From Candidatus Iainarchaeum sp. (GTDB taxonomy: Archaea > Iainarchaeota > Iainarchaeia > Iainarchaeales > VGJJ01), in NCBI GenBank assembly GCA_030688545.1, contig JAUYHT010000006.1:150001-182000 (forward strand): a DNA stretch of 32,000 bases, in the 5' to 3' direction. The notes under the pieces were generated by a model, which worked only from the letters and a program-made list of their open reading frames with translations, was not told the origin of the DNA and made no database searches. How positions within the stretch are numbered: position 1 is the stretch's first letter; each line of letters begins with the position of its first letter. The position numbers and the translations under genes were made by a program. Positions 10,101 to 17,400 of this stretch are shown piece after piece.

Positions 10101-11567
10101 GGCGAAGAAGTGCTCTCCGCTCAGCGCGGTTAACCCCGCTTTGTACGCGAAAGCGGTGTAGTTTCCTGTCACCACGTTCTTGAATTTAGCAACCCCATTG
10201 GCATCCGATACAATTTGTTCATAGGGGGCCAGGAACCCGGTGTCCGCATTATACAATATGACCGCCGCGTCCGCCACGGGAACATCATCCTGATCCTTCA
10301 ATTGGATTTGGAATACTGCTCCATTCATTCCATCAAATTTCTCGAGCCCCAGGACGAGGGTGCTGGTGGTGCTCCCCAGCACGCTCTGTTGGGCAGGGAT
10401 ATAATCTTCCTTGGAGGCGGATATGGTATAGGAGAGCGTTCGGTCCGGAATGGAGAGAACTGCTTCCCCCGACGCATTGGTTGTTGTCGTTTGAAGCACG
10501 GTGTTCCCCTGTTTGAGCTTTACGATGGCGTCCCGCAACACGGCTTGGCTCAGCTTGTCCTGCACGCGCACATTCAATGTGCCCGCGGCCTCTTTAGTAA
10601 CCGTAATCGTGACGGAAGCGGTGTCCCCGCTTCCCACGGATACGGTTTGTTGCGCACTCGTGTATATCCCGCGTGGGTCCGACACGACCATAGTATACGT
10701 CCCGGCCGCGACCCCCAATGAGACGCTTCCCCCCGCGTCCGTCAATCCCGCTTTGACCTCTATTCCATCGCGCTGCGCACTCACGTACAAGTCAGCCGCC
10801 GCCGCCCCCAATTGGTCTTTTACCGTGACGAAAATAGTGGCATCCGTAGTCGTGCGGGGAGATAGAATGATGTTCTGCACCTCCTTGGTGACGCGGAAGG
10901 ATTGGATGGTTTCATATCCTGTAACTTCCACCGTCACGATGAGTTCCCCGCAGTCCGCATTGGGCGTCACCGTGAAAACGCCTCCAATACCACTGATGGG
11001 AGAAGGAGGGGTTCCATACGAGGAAGAGCACGCGAATGTGAGCACGGCATCATTCAACACGGGTTGTCCCACGGTATTGACTAATTTGATGGTGCGGGAA
11101 AGAGATTGGCTTTGAAGAGGGGTGAGAGCGATGACTTGCGTCCGATTGTCTGAAGAAGGAGTGAAGCTGCTCCGCACGACTTCCCATTGAGTCGTGTCCA
11201 CTTCATAGTCGATTCGAGTCCCCCCCGCCACATTAAGAACAATTTCTCCCAGGGTATCGCTCACCAATGTTTCTGTTCTCCCCTGGTATGTAAATTGCAC
11301 CGGCACATTGGGCAGGGGCGCCGAATCTGGGTCAACCACTAAAAATGTCACGGCGACTTCCGGTCCGGCGAAAATCCCGGTGAAGGGAAGGAAGAGAAAA
11401 GCCACTCCCAGAAGGACAAGTAAGGATACGAGGGCGAAGCTGGGTATCTTGGTGTCGATGGGATCGATGATCTTGTACACCGGCACCCCATGCTTGTCCA
11501 GGAAGTCGAGCCCCGCGTACCATTTGTCTTCGAGTGCGAAATAGGTTTGTTTGATGACGTCGCCCAT
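4167..11567 (-). CDS. Giant signal-anchored surface protein, paralog G2 (2,466 aa from ATG 11567)
   Basis: Uninterrupted 7.4-kb ORF. The track start at 11603 is a GTG. I prefer ATG 11567 because the protein then begins MGDVIKQTYFALEDKWYAGLDFLDKHGVPVYKIIDPIDTKIPSF followed by the helix ALVSLLVLLGVAFLFLPF, like the other paralogs. The body has tandem beta-sandwich repeats (e.g. TVSIRVVDNRGNPIPFAKVTVFN...TDTNGMYILP), many N-x-S/T sequons, a P/T/S linker DPAAAATTETPAPPTPPPSDTTSSPSPPS, and the motif THIYCDATQF. Confidence 0.9.
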   Translation of the reverse strand: MGDVIKQTYFALEDKWYAGLDFLDKHGVPVYKIIDPIDTKIPSFALVSLLVLLGVAFLFLPFTGIFAGPEVAVTFLVVDPDSAPLPNVPVQFTYQGRTETLVSDTLGEIVLNVAGGTRIDYEVDTTQWEVVRSSFTPSSDNRTQVIALTPLQSQSLSRTIKLVNTVGQPVLNDAVLTFACSSSYGTPPSPISGIGGVFTVTPNADCGELIVTVEVTGYETIQSFRVTKEVQNIILSPRTTTDATIFVTVKDQLGAAAADLYVSAQRDGIEVKAGLTDAGGSVSLGVAAGTYTMVVSDPRGIYTSAQQTVSVGSGDTASVTITVTKEAAGTLNVRVQDKLSQAVLRDAIVKLKQGNTVLQTTTTNASGEAVLSIPDRTLSYTISASKEDYIPAQQSVLGSTTSTLVLGLEKFDGMNGAVFQIQLKDQDDVPVADAAVILYNADTGFLAPYEQIVSDANGVAKFKNVVTGNYTAFAYKAGLTALSGEHFFAIDDPATHTLTMIMEIPDGTVSIRVVDNRGNPIPFAKVTVFNAFKNQLLGADLTDTNGMYILPRSGQRSKADKDVFLVVQKTDYATVTTIQKPILPETTQRFEVVMPPLQPRGSIQMELVGLFDSSGKIVTGVGKGREYQARFRISIPEEQDDLDTMDIHVRTGEKDIVEKDEWYVSRIAFPRTVVVKGSSWDPQNGLNSDGESITFDAAKWVNAVHRDPQPGIYEFEVTLSVRDNVAPQETLKLFYKVRAENGDILRDPSDANPVEELYAATKSATYQVGVTTLCDKEFCFDASILDLEDQRIEDAGEQFNAQIFNEYNLTFNLLNNGTGFHTNANLRIGASNEGIDFTTYDIFNADNARLSGTVNDNQFRAPLGVGNLTPQKKVGGTIQFIPRLAGSTLITFELVSDFSSVFSRSIQVNITGDKDLRVDVTPSFYPSNIPITLDVHAENSATGDEVEGALVTLENNLGIVIGKTFTDAAGNARITLPAQAPGKKIFLKVEKAGFNPAIQELAISGAILAFDPEKLGISINAKTQIEKTTPFTITNQTSLPLRITRMKIQGNLQGLLDKEKIESALLPYVGNVLPANGLLTVNLRSVLTPEARQLLEHVDLDAVLEVRAESYGTEWVFDLPLRYGIGISAPVDDPTCFNAVPRNWETSSDGDTVTYEFRIQNNCSIGGNPISLRQLAARADWSGNELGEIVLSVFKQDNPTAIGAAKIRTGYFSPFLPTINPQESIIARLDFTPYGGVKGNAKVDIVLQAENPQEGKPQLLTSTVVAALSVVNLRDCVIYDKEILDLRPGEKDSFTIETKGCGSPVEVGLQTDLEVTLKQFTLQGDDKKTIEVNDNQLDPGQYPIYVNLEGNEDKVPIRAKTIRARIRDPNACLQLNRYEFDVFDDPNNPNDGFDTARLENHCTQQKVKVRVVIEKKFLDSLKKGLAAGVIAFLGTAGTNWLDGKDYMGRDKVPEDPAAAATTETPAPPTPPPSDTTSSPSPPSEADMSAYEYIWGQQEHTLLDMDHRLSVVRDRVPETFNPNNPTSVDYKTFFENALLFDLEAGTHHVTLENAIHAKDVSKARRALEDFDKALKGFDENLSEADDRARELWAQAMTKGPETMPSTGLVLLLQSNPDQRPSTREKIQESAIGSALGKITGKLSLGTQNPWVSFGVVTIAVSLIDYFGSGDKEFNTTVLGKDVEIEGMRMIAGEKGANEQVADKDIRVTKSGVALVPKINLEKETPGRVEADSLTFTNISQFVNQTIFRTLLVFGERFEYASGEKYKNKVPDEDALKAQDETEFKSKFHLQYNAIPPESRFATAVPPIALSCDTFSEKTGKTGDLAVPKVAFKWNFTDIPYDACDAGRVDKQGDATHIYCDATQFSIATLQKVQTLRQFITQNAPFACPVQDDLSGSQNQIIPAADIGISSIAVDKIGGADVNIVVGIQNKAPAPNNAQLRIEYKAIGATTNPIVRTQSVFVPTGGSQVSVGFVVSNLSEGAYTVTAILTPEECENCFNSQPASDSITTEFFIGANSGLVACEPFTTLRLGAFIKASEDEGKSLIYPPGFDKDSLLGLVNYRAHLMQDRFSPDFFQDFDRYATTVSFFDAPTYYLDPQTGLRRFFTNRDHWIVQREGSVLPPEGYLLPGPGIYDVTLDIRFDEVGMPFFTNGEVDAVINVLVEKTSTVEEISPFYYLPFNGLIGTDDGQGRVGYGVNYTGEKVKVNMDLAESVDTIDIADSTPVTTLTTKTVNAYPILNSIERGTVLSLTQEGTQQLQLTWSPSFATPVMMRIANDAVQSDVYGFYSVGVGNDTSQSYIGAQGNPWYGVGPNCRDFADNAMLDHYSPRFDMSAINADCALTGAQENIAYGFEWCANTIHAGNTFFKSIFYTPQESQSQITRVAWKTGMEFTGELVKGNSIPLNGTNVLPGNTPSNRLGSVEEILRLVKQDAMCVRSTGAKIEFFWNPKEVMNALTKQEKEAETMCIVK

Positions 11568-11622
11568 GCTCCCCGCTCCCCATTCCGGGATGGAAATATG
11601 CACTCAAAGAGCCTTTTCTGCG

Positions 11623-11630
11623 TATTTAAA
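11623..11630 (-). promoter_or_regulatory. TATA-like box upstream of G2 (minus-strand reading TTTAAATA)
   Basis: A TTTAAATA match about 60 nt upstream of ATG 11567. The predicted transcript start is near 11600, leaving a ~30-nt leader that contains GGGAGCGGGGAGC directly before the ATG. Confidence 0.5.
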
Positions 11631-11751
11631 GGTATGGCCGGAAGCGGCTTTGCACATAAACCTATCATTCCCAAAAAAGGAACCTCCAGCACGAAAGGGC
11701 CTTCGATTCGACATTTCAGCCTCTAATGTTTCCAGTCGTTTATTGCATAAG

Positions 11752-11759
11752 TTTATAAT
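11752..11759 (+). promoter_or_regulatory. TATA-like box (TTTATAAT) for the plus-strand ORF 11781..12323
   Basis: It is centred about 26 nt upstream of ATG 11781, the spacing expected for an archaeal leaderless transcript. It is divergent from the G2 promoter. Confidence 0.5.
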
Positions 11760-11780
11760 TTACTAAATCCCCGTCAGGGC

Positions 11781-12323
11781 ATGGGTATTTTGAAAAGGAA
11801 TGTTCGCCGGGTCGCACGACGAGAGGCACGTGGAAAAGAGACGAACGCACCGAAGCCAATTTGGCCGACAACAAAAATACAAAGGTTGATCGCTTGGCAC
11901 ACACGCTTGGACAATATGTGCGATGATTCGTTGTATGTGTTGGAGAAGTTCAAAGTCAGTATAGCACGAGTAGGGATGGAGTACACCTACGACAGAGAAC
12001 ACATTGAAGGACTCTGGGGAAAGGGCAAATACGTGGAAGGGAACAGGAAAATACCTATCGAATGGTCTACTGGATGGGTAGACGCAGATACCCCCTTTGG
12101 AAAAGCCCTTCGCGACACAAACAAGCTTGTAATGGGACTGAAACTACATCAAAACAAAAAAGGAACCCTAACCCCAGGGCAAGTCTTAGTAAACAAAGAA
12201 CGGTTGGATAAACTTATCCAGCAAATTCGCCGCGTGAAGACGCTTAATGCCACGCAATTACGGGAGTGCCTGCCGCGACCCCCAATGAGACGCTTCCCCC
12301 TGCGTCCGTCAATCCCGCTTTGA
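11781..12323 (+). CDS. Hypothetical protein (180 aa); the only plausible plus-strand gene; its last ~17 codons read antisense through the G2-like gene fragment
   Basis: ORF from the track, with a TATA-like box at the right spacing and no recognisable domain. From about 12269 onward (..RECLP/RPPMRRFPLRPSIPL) the frame runs over the antisense of the pseudogene fragment, so the C-terminus looks like an accident of a junction. Confidence 0.5.
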   Translation: MGILKRNVRRVARREARGKETNAPKPIWPTTKIQRLIAWHTRLDNMCDDSLYVLEKFKVSIARVGMEYTYDREHIEGLWGKGKYVEGNRKIPIEWSTGWVDADTPFGKALRDTNKLVMGLKLHQNKKGTLTPGQVLVNKERLDKLIQQIRRVKTLNATQLRECLPRPPMRRFPLRPSIPL

Positions 12324-12502
12324 CTTCAATCCCATCGCGCTGCGCGCTCACGTACAAGTCAGCCGCCGCCGCCCCCAATTGGTCTTTTACCGTGACAAAA
12401 ATAGTGGCATCCTCGGGGGTGCGGGGGGGACAGGATGATATTCTGCACCTCTTTGGTAACGCGGAAGGAACTGCAACAGTAATCCCAAAGTCCCCTGCCA
12501 CA
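12269..12502 (-). pseudogene. Decayed fragment of a G2-like giant gene (matches G2 residues about 225-300, G2 coordinates about 10704..10940)
   Basis: Direct nucleotide alignment done by hand. 12269..12415 matches 10704..10850 at 138/147 nt and encodes the identical DATIFVTVKDQLGAAAADLYVSAQRDGIEVKAGLTDAGGSVSLGVAAGT. 12432..12473 encodes the identical SFRVTKEVQNIILS. Between the two blocks a 1-nt insertion in a C-run shifts the frame. Similarity fades with indels toward 12502 and stops abruptly at 12268/12269. Confidence 0.85.
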
Positions 12503-12601
12503 ACCAATGTATGCTAAACCAAGAATAATTCAACAAGGAACCAATATTTATGAAGTATCCAATGCACGAAAAGGAGGCTTGCCGCTCATAAACGGGACTT
12601 T

Positions 12602-13135
12602 TTAGGAACCTTTTGGGGAAAAGCCGCTGGATGTAGGCAGTAAAATCTCATCTATGATTGCGTGACACCTGTTCTTGAATTGAATCAATATTCTCATTAA
12701 TCTGTGCCGCACTATTTCGGCTTCCTGCCCTTTATTGGCTAATACTTCCGCCGAAAATGTCATATCGCGGATATTCATATCTACTTTCCCAATCTCAATC
12801 AATGTGTTTGCAGCCAATCGACCTATTCGCTTCTGGCTTTTTAGATCCATATTTTTTATTATAATTTTGTATTCAGGATTGGCGAGTAGATGAAGAAATG
12901 AATGGAAATCCGGTTTGAAGAATGTGTGGATGAAATACTTATTTTGTGCCTTGACTTCGTCTCTACGTGGGAGGCCCTCATATCGTTTCAATGTATGATA
13001 ATGATCTTCCAGATGAAGCTTTCGTTTTTTAGGCACTTGGAATGATTTGAGACGGTGCCGTAATTTTGGGGAAATGCCTCCTGGCAGCGCTCGTCTCTTT
13101 TTACCTTGAAAATGGGTTCTCGACTGACTAGGCAT
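12602..13135 (-). CDS. Hypothetical basic protein (177 aa) in the AT-rich island
   Basis: ORF from the track with ATG at 13135. The K/R-rich N-terminus reads MPSQSRTHFQGKKRRALPGGISPKLRHRLKSFQVPKKRK. No domain recognised. A TATA-like box sits at the leaderless spacing. Confidence 0.55.
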   Translation of the reverse strand: MPSQSRTHFQGKKRRALPGGISPKLRHRLKSFQVPKKRKLHLEDHYHTLKRYEGLPRRDEVKAQNKYFIHTFFKPDFHSFLHLLANPEYKIIIKNMDLKSQKRIGRLAANTLIEIGKVDMNIRDMTFSAEVLANKGQEAEIVRHRLMRILIQFKNRCHAIIDEILLPTSSGFSPKGS

Positions 13136-13156
13136 ATAAAAATGCGATTATTTTCA

Positions 13157-13168
13157 TTATATATAAAA
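13157..13168 (-). promoter_or_regulatory. TATA-like box (minus-strand reading TTTTATATATAA) for ORF 12602..13135
   Basis: Centred about 27 nt upstream of ATG 13135. Confidence 0.5.
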
Positions 13169-13323
13169 CAAATGGAAAGCCCACCGCCGTAATAGGATGG
13201 CAGTGGTGGAATAACCGGCTGTGTCCTTAAATTAGACCTTTTTTAGGCCTGCCTCTACGAAGTAGGCTTGGTTCCATAAAGGGTCTTCGATACCCCCCTC
13301 GAAATACTGATGGATGAGGCAGG

Positions 13324-13719
13324 TTATGAGAAAAATCTAATTTCCTGAATGCACACATCACCGCAAGTAATATCTCCTTCATAAATAATGACTCCAATAG
13401 CAGTCAATAAAACAATAATTCCAATTCCAACCAAAAATAGTAATAAAACTCTTCGAGTACTGGACTTTTCTTTTATGATATTTTGTATAGTAGGTTGTAC
13501 CATAAAGAAAACGGTCAGTATGATTGTGAGGATAGTGTCGATGTACATTCGATTGGTAATAAGTAATAGTCCATTTCTTGATGAAACATGCCATGTTCCT
13601 AACCATGGAAGAAGTTGTCGAACAAACAGTACAAAAAAATTTGGTTCGAAAAATAAATATGCGAGTAAAAGTATTGGGGGAATAAAAGGTATGACAGACC
13701 ATGCCAATTTTTTCATCAT
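13324..13719 (-). CDS. Small hydrophobic membrane protein (131 aa, about 4 helices) in the AT-rich island
   Basis: ORF from the track. Hydrophobic stretches are WSVIPFIPPILLLAYLFF, NFFVLFVRQLLPWLG, IDTILTIILTVFFMV and VLLLFLVGIGIIVLLTAIGVII. Codon usage is very AT-rich, unlike the giants. Confidence 0.55.
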   Translation of the reverse strand: MMKKLAWSVIPFIPPILLLAYLFFEPNFFVLFVRQLLPWLGTWHVSSRNGLLLITNRMYIDTILTIILTVFFMVQPTIQNIIKEKSSTRRVLLLFLVGIGIIVLLTAIGVIIYEGDITCGDVCIQEIRFFS

Positions 13720-13934
13720 GAACCCTTAATCCTTCCGTGCGATTTCCAGCGAAAGCGCTTTACAGAATTTAAACTGAGTGGTTTACCGGGTTCTGTTGAA
13801 AATCTTTAATCCCCTTAAAAACCTGAATTTATAGAGCCAGACCTACTTTGTGGAATGAAACCTAATTTACGGACAAAGACGGAGTAACCCACTACCTTAA
13901 TTCGACTCATTATTTAAATCTAACAAAATTTCCC

Positions 13935-14402
13935 TCACACCCCTAATCCCGCCAGAGGGAGGATGCGGCGCAGGGTTTCCATATCAGGGAATGCGTGCCA
14001 GAGCGCCCACACGAGCAGGCCGAATGCTAACACATACACTACATCATACCCGGCCGCGATGGCATAGTTGGGCAGCCGGACCTGACCATTTTCATAGATG
14101 TCTTCCAGGGCAAACCCTCCCAAAGTTTTTCCAAATAGGATGGCGGCCACAAGAGAAACGCCCAACAGGTTGCCCGAGATGGGAAAAACACTCACTAAAG
14201 GAGAGAGGAGCATCCCCAATAGGAAGAGGAACAACCACCCCATGATTCCAAAGAACAGGGTTCCCAGCCCCGCGCTCACCAAAATAAGTCCCAAAATCGC
14301 CAGCAGGGTGGGAGGGTCAAGGGAATAGGTAACCACTTGCGTCCCCAAAAAAACTCCCATCGTCCAGGCGAGGAAGAGGATGAGGAGGGCATGGTAGGTC
14401 AT
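13935..14402 (-). CDS. Polytopic membrane protein (155 aa, about 5 helices) immediately downstream of G3
   Basis: The track ORF 13935..14477 overlaps the G3 stop. The internal ATG 14402 gives MTYHALLILFLAWTMGVFLGTQVV... It starts 25 nt after the G3 stop codon, which begins at 14428. GC content is similar to the giants. Confidence 0.7.
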   Translation of the reverse strand: MTYHALLILFLAWTMGVFLGTQVVTYSLDPPTLLAILGLILVSAGLGTLFFGIMGWLFLFLLGMLLSPLVSVFPISGNLLGVSLVAAILFGKTLGGFALEDIYENGQVRLPNYAIAAGYDVVYVLAFGLLVWALWHAFPDMETLRRILPLAGLGV

Positions 14403-14427
14403 ACGCGCAATAATTCTGGGAGAGTTA

Positions 14428-17400
14428 TCAGGTGGCCGTGCACTGGAGGGCCGCGGGCACCACGTCTTCGGAGGCAAGATCCCAGATCACCGTGAACACA
14501 TCCTTGGAGATGTCTCCGCAGGCTTGTCCGGTTTGGATGCGGGCGAGAATATCTTGCAACGATTGGGGCGCTGCGGCCGGGCCGCGAAGATCCATAAATT
14601 GGACCTGGGTGCTGGGGCTGGCAGGAGGCAATCCCACGGTGTTTGAAATAGTCTTCACATCCGCCGTCCCGGTGGTGCAGGCGGGGAGCAACCGATAATT
14701 TTTCTCCGGTGGAATAAAGGCCATCCCCGTGTACACATATTCGTTCCCCGCCAGATCCCCGACTAATGAAAAGTCGCCCGGTCGCCCGGTGTTGCAGGTG
14801 GGACCCGTGGTCGATGATACGGGTATTCCATTCGGGTTGGCGCAATCAATCCACCGGATGCTTGCTCCATTGATGGCCACTCCCGGGGGAATAGCGGCTT
14901 GCCCGGATTCCACAATGGTATATTGCAACGCAGGCTGGGAGGCGGGGCTGTCCATCCGCAGACGAATGGGGGCAGGAGTAGAAGGAGCATACTGGAAGCT
15001 ATACCCCCCACCCCTCCCTTCCAGTCGGAAGAACGTGGGCACACCCTGCGCGGCCACGAGATCCCCGATGGCTGAAATAGTCTCATAGGTTTGGAGCGTG
15101 AGCAAGGGCACTCCCGTCGAAGGAATGCTGCTCGTGAACCCCACACTATCGTCCCGATAGGGCATTCCCGCGCTCACGGCGGGCAGGCTTAACCCAACCC
15201 CATAGCCGCTGCGTACCCTCCCAACGCCCGTTTTCCCATTGAAGGGAATGCGGAAGAAGGGGTTGTCCGCGTAGGCGGTGTTTCCGCTGTTTAGTTGCGT
15301 GTCAATTTCCCCCAGAGAAAGATAGGATACCGCATCTCGTTTAATTCGCACGGCCAGGGATTTCACGCCATCCGAATCATTTTCCCATGTGGCCACGAAG
15401 CTAGCGGGATACAACCCTGCCTCCGGGACAGGAGGGGAAATAAGCATGCGTTGAATAATATCCAAATTGGTTAGCATTTGGTTGTTGAAGGCCGCCGGGT
15501 AGTCATACCCTTCCCCGCTCACGAACGCCAAATCCGAGAGGAGGAACTGGGAGAAAGCATCCTGCATCATGTACACGTTCATATCCACGAACCTCCCGCG
15601 CAAAGAATCGATGTCCGCGTACGCCGTGTCCTGGAATGTCAATCCCCCTTTCTGTCGCGCATGGGACAGCACATACCCTAAGCGGGCAGCATCCCAAGCC
15701 TCTGCTTCCGTGTCCGTGGGAACGAGCATCCCCACTTGCACGGATTCGACGGCATCATAGATGGCCCGATATACTCCGGGGGTGAACTGATGACTGTCCC
15801 CGGGTTGAGTGAGGGAGGCGAGTGCCCAGCAGTCTGTCCCGCAGAGGGTTGGATTTATTTTGTTGGACTCATCGAAGAAATGCCTGAATTCGGAGAACAG
15901 CCATACGTATTTCTTCTCCCCATTTGGGAAAGTCACTTCATCGGCCCCCATTCCTTTGATTCCAGTCGCGACAAGCCTGCTCACCTTATCCGCGTCCAGC
16001 ACGATCACCAATTGCTCCGCCAATTTATTCCCAGCCGCGTTGTTCTGTATTTCCTCGAACTTCTGTTTGACGAACGCCACGTAAGAAGTGTAATCGGCCG
16101 GCACTTCATTCAAATTGGGGGCGTTGCTCAGGGCGGTAAACACATTGTCAATGAGCAATTTGGCAGATTGGGAGGACGTGGTTTCTTTAACCACCCCATC
16201 CCCAGCCGAATTAACGAAGAAGGAGCGCGTGGGCTTCCCAGTCGTCTGGTCATCCGTGACGGTAATTTGATCATGAATAGCAAGCACGAAATTCTGGCTC
16301 GTGTAATCCTTATCAGCATCGCTGAACAATCCCGAGGCCTGGTTGGCTTTCACGAAGGTATCGAATTCCTTCAGACGTTTGGAGGTGAATATCATGAATT
16401 GCGTGGCATCGCAAAAGTATTGCGTGCAGTCCGGACTCCCCTCATAGGTCCAATCCCACGTGAGCCGGTCGAACCCATACTTGGAAACGAATCCGGGACC
16501 TTTCTCATAACCTGTTTCCGTGCAGGCCTGGGGGGTGAATATGGCCGTACTTGGTTTTCCCACGGGTTTGATGACAATGCGCACGGGCAGGGACACTTTC
16601 TGCGTTCCCGGGTTGGCAATGGTTCGCGTGACCTCCAAAGTTAGAATACCCTCGATGACCGCTTCCTGCGTCAGGTTAAGTGGACGATTGATCTGGACCT
16701 GGAGGTCGTGTTTTCCGGACACCGAAAAGATGGCTTGCACGCTCGGGTTTTGCCGGCTCGTGAGGATAGTAGGGGTGACACTCCGGATGTAATCCACTTG
16801 TCCGCAGAATTCTTTTCCGTCAATGATCCCGGTCTTCAGCACTGCATTGGGGGCTTTCGTGGTATGGGTGAGGATGGTCTGCCCCTGGAATTCCGCGTCC
16901 CCAAATTCGAGGGCGGCCGCCCCCGTGTCGGTGCCAATGGCACGAAAACGTAATGCGTCCTCATTGACGCATTCTGAATAGTTGGTGATGCTTTCACTTC
17001 CCCCCTGCAGCAAGGGGTTGATAGCTGAGGCCAGGTTGAAGAGGTTTTCGAATATCACGGGGAAGGGTTTCTGCTGCGGCCCCCCATATGGGTCCAAGTA
17101 TTTCACCGAGATGGTGCCATAGGATTCGACCCGGTAATAATTAAGTTCCGCGAAGAATTTGAGGTCCAGCACCTGCTTGGGAAAGCTCCCTCCCTGGTCG
17201 AAGGGGGAGAGTTGATGTTGATACGTAGTGAGGTCGGGGAATATCTGGAACTCCAATACCTGCACGGTGTCGCGTCCGTCTCCTTGCGTGGAGATGCCTA
17301 TGATTTGGATGTCCTGCACCAGGGAATTGGGTTGTTGGCTCACTCCTTGCTTGGGGTCCAATGTGGTATTTCCTTTGGCATCCTTGAGGGAAGCAATGGT

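Noticed and set aside
11568-11603. Upstream start codons offered by the ORF track. These are GTG 11603 for G2, TTG 31538 for G4, 23950 for the pilin-like gene and 14477 for the membrane protein.
   Set aside because: They are non-ATG codons and/or overlap the preceding gene or sit inside or next to the TATA box. The internal ATGs give the conserved MG... N-termini, a clean class III signal, or a clean first membrane helix.
12269-12502. Reading the fragment as the template repeat of a diversity-generating retroelement, with G2 10704..10940 as the variable repeat.
   Set aside because: The mismatches are not adenine-specific: both transitions and transversions occur at all four bases. All are synonymous, which is the opposite of DGR mutagenesis. 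No reverse transcriptase gene is in the window, and the region is not a C-terminal ligand-binding domain.
13136-13323. A possible small RNA in the AT-rich intergenic regions. Candidates are an imperfect hairpin CCACCGCC...GGCAGTGG near 13181..13210 and a C/D-box-like CTGATGGATGAGG near 13298..13320.
   Set aside because: The stem has a mismatch. The C-box match is imperfect, and I saw no paired D box or terminal stem. I consider this indistinguishable from chance in AT-rich spacer DNA.
14399-14845. Minus-strand ORFs nested in other frames of the giants. Examples are 14399..14845, 5168..5638, 17141..17446 and 30362..30754.
   Set aside because: They lie entirely inside the giant ORFs in an alternative frame. 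Their products are R/P/S/G-rich and featureless, and nothing supports independent expression.
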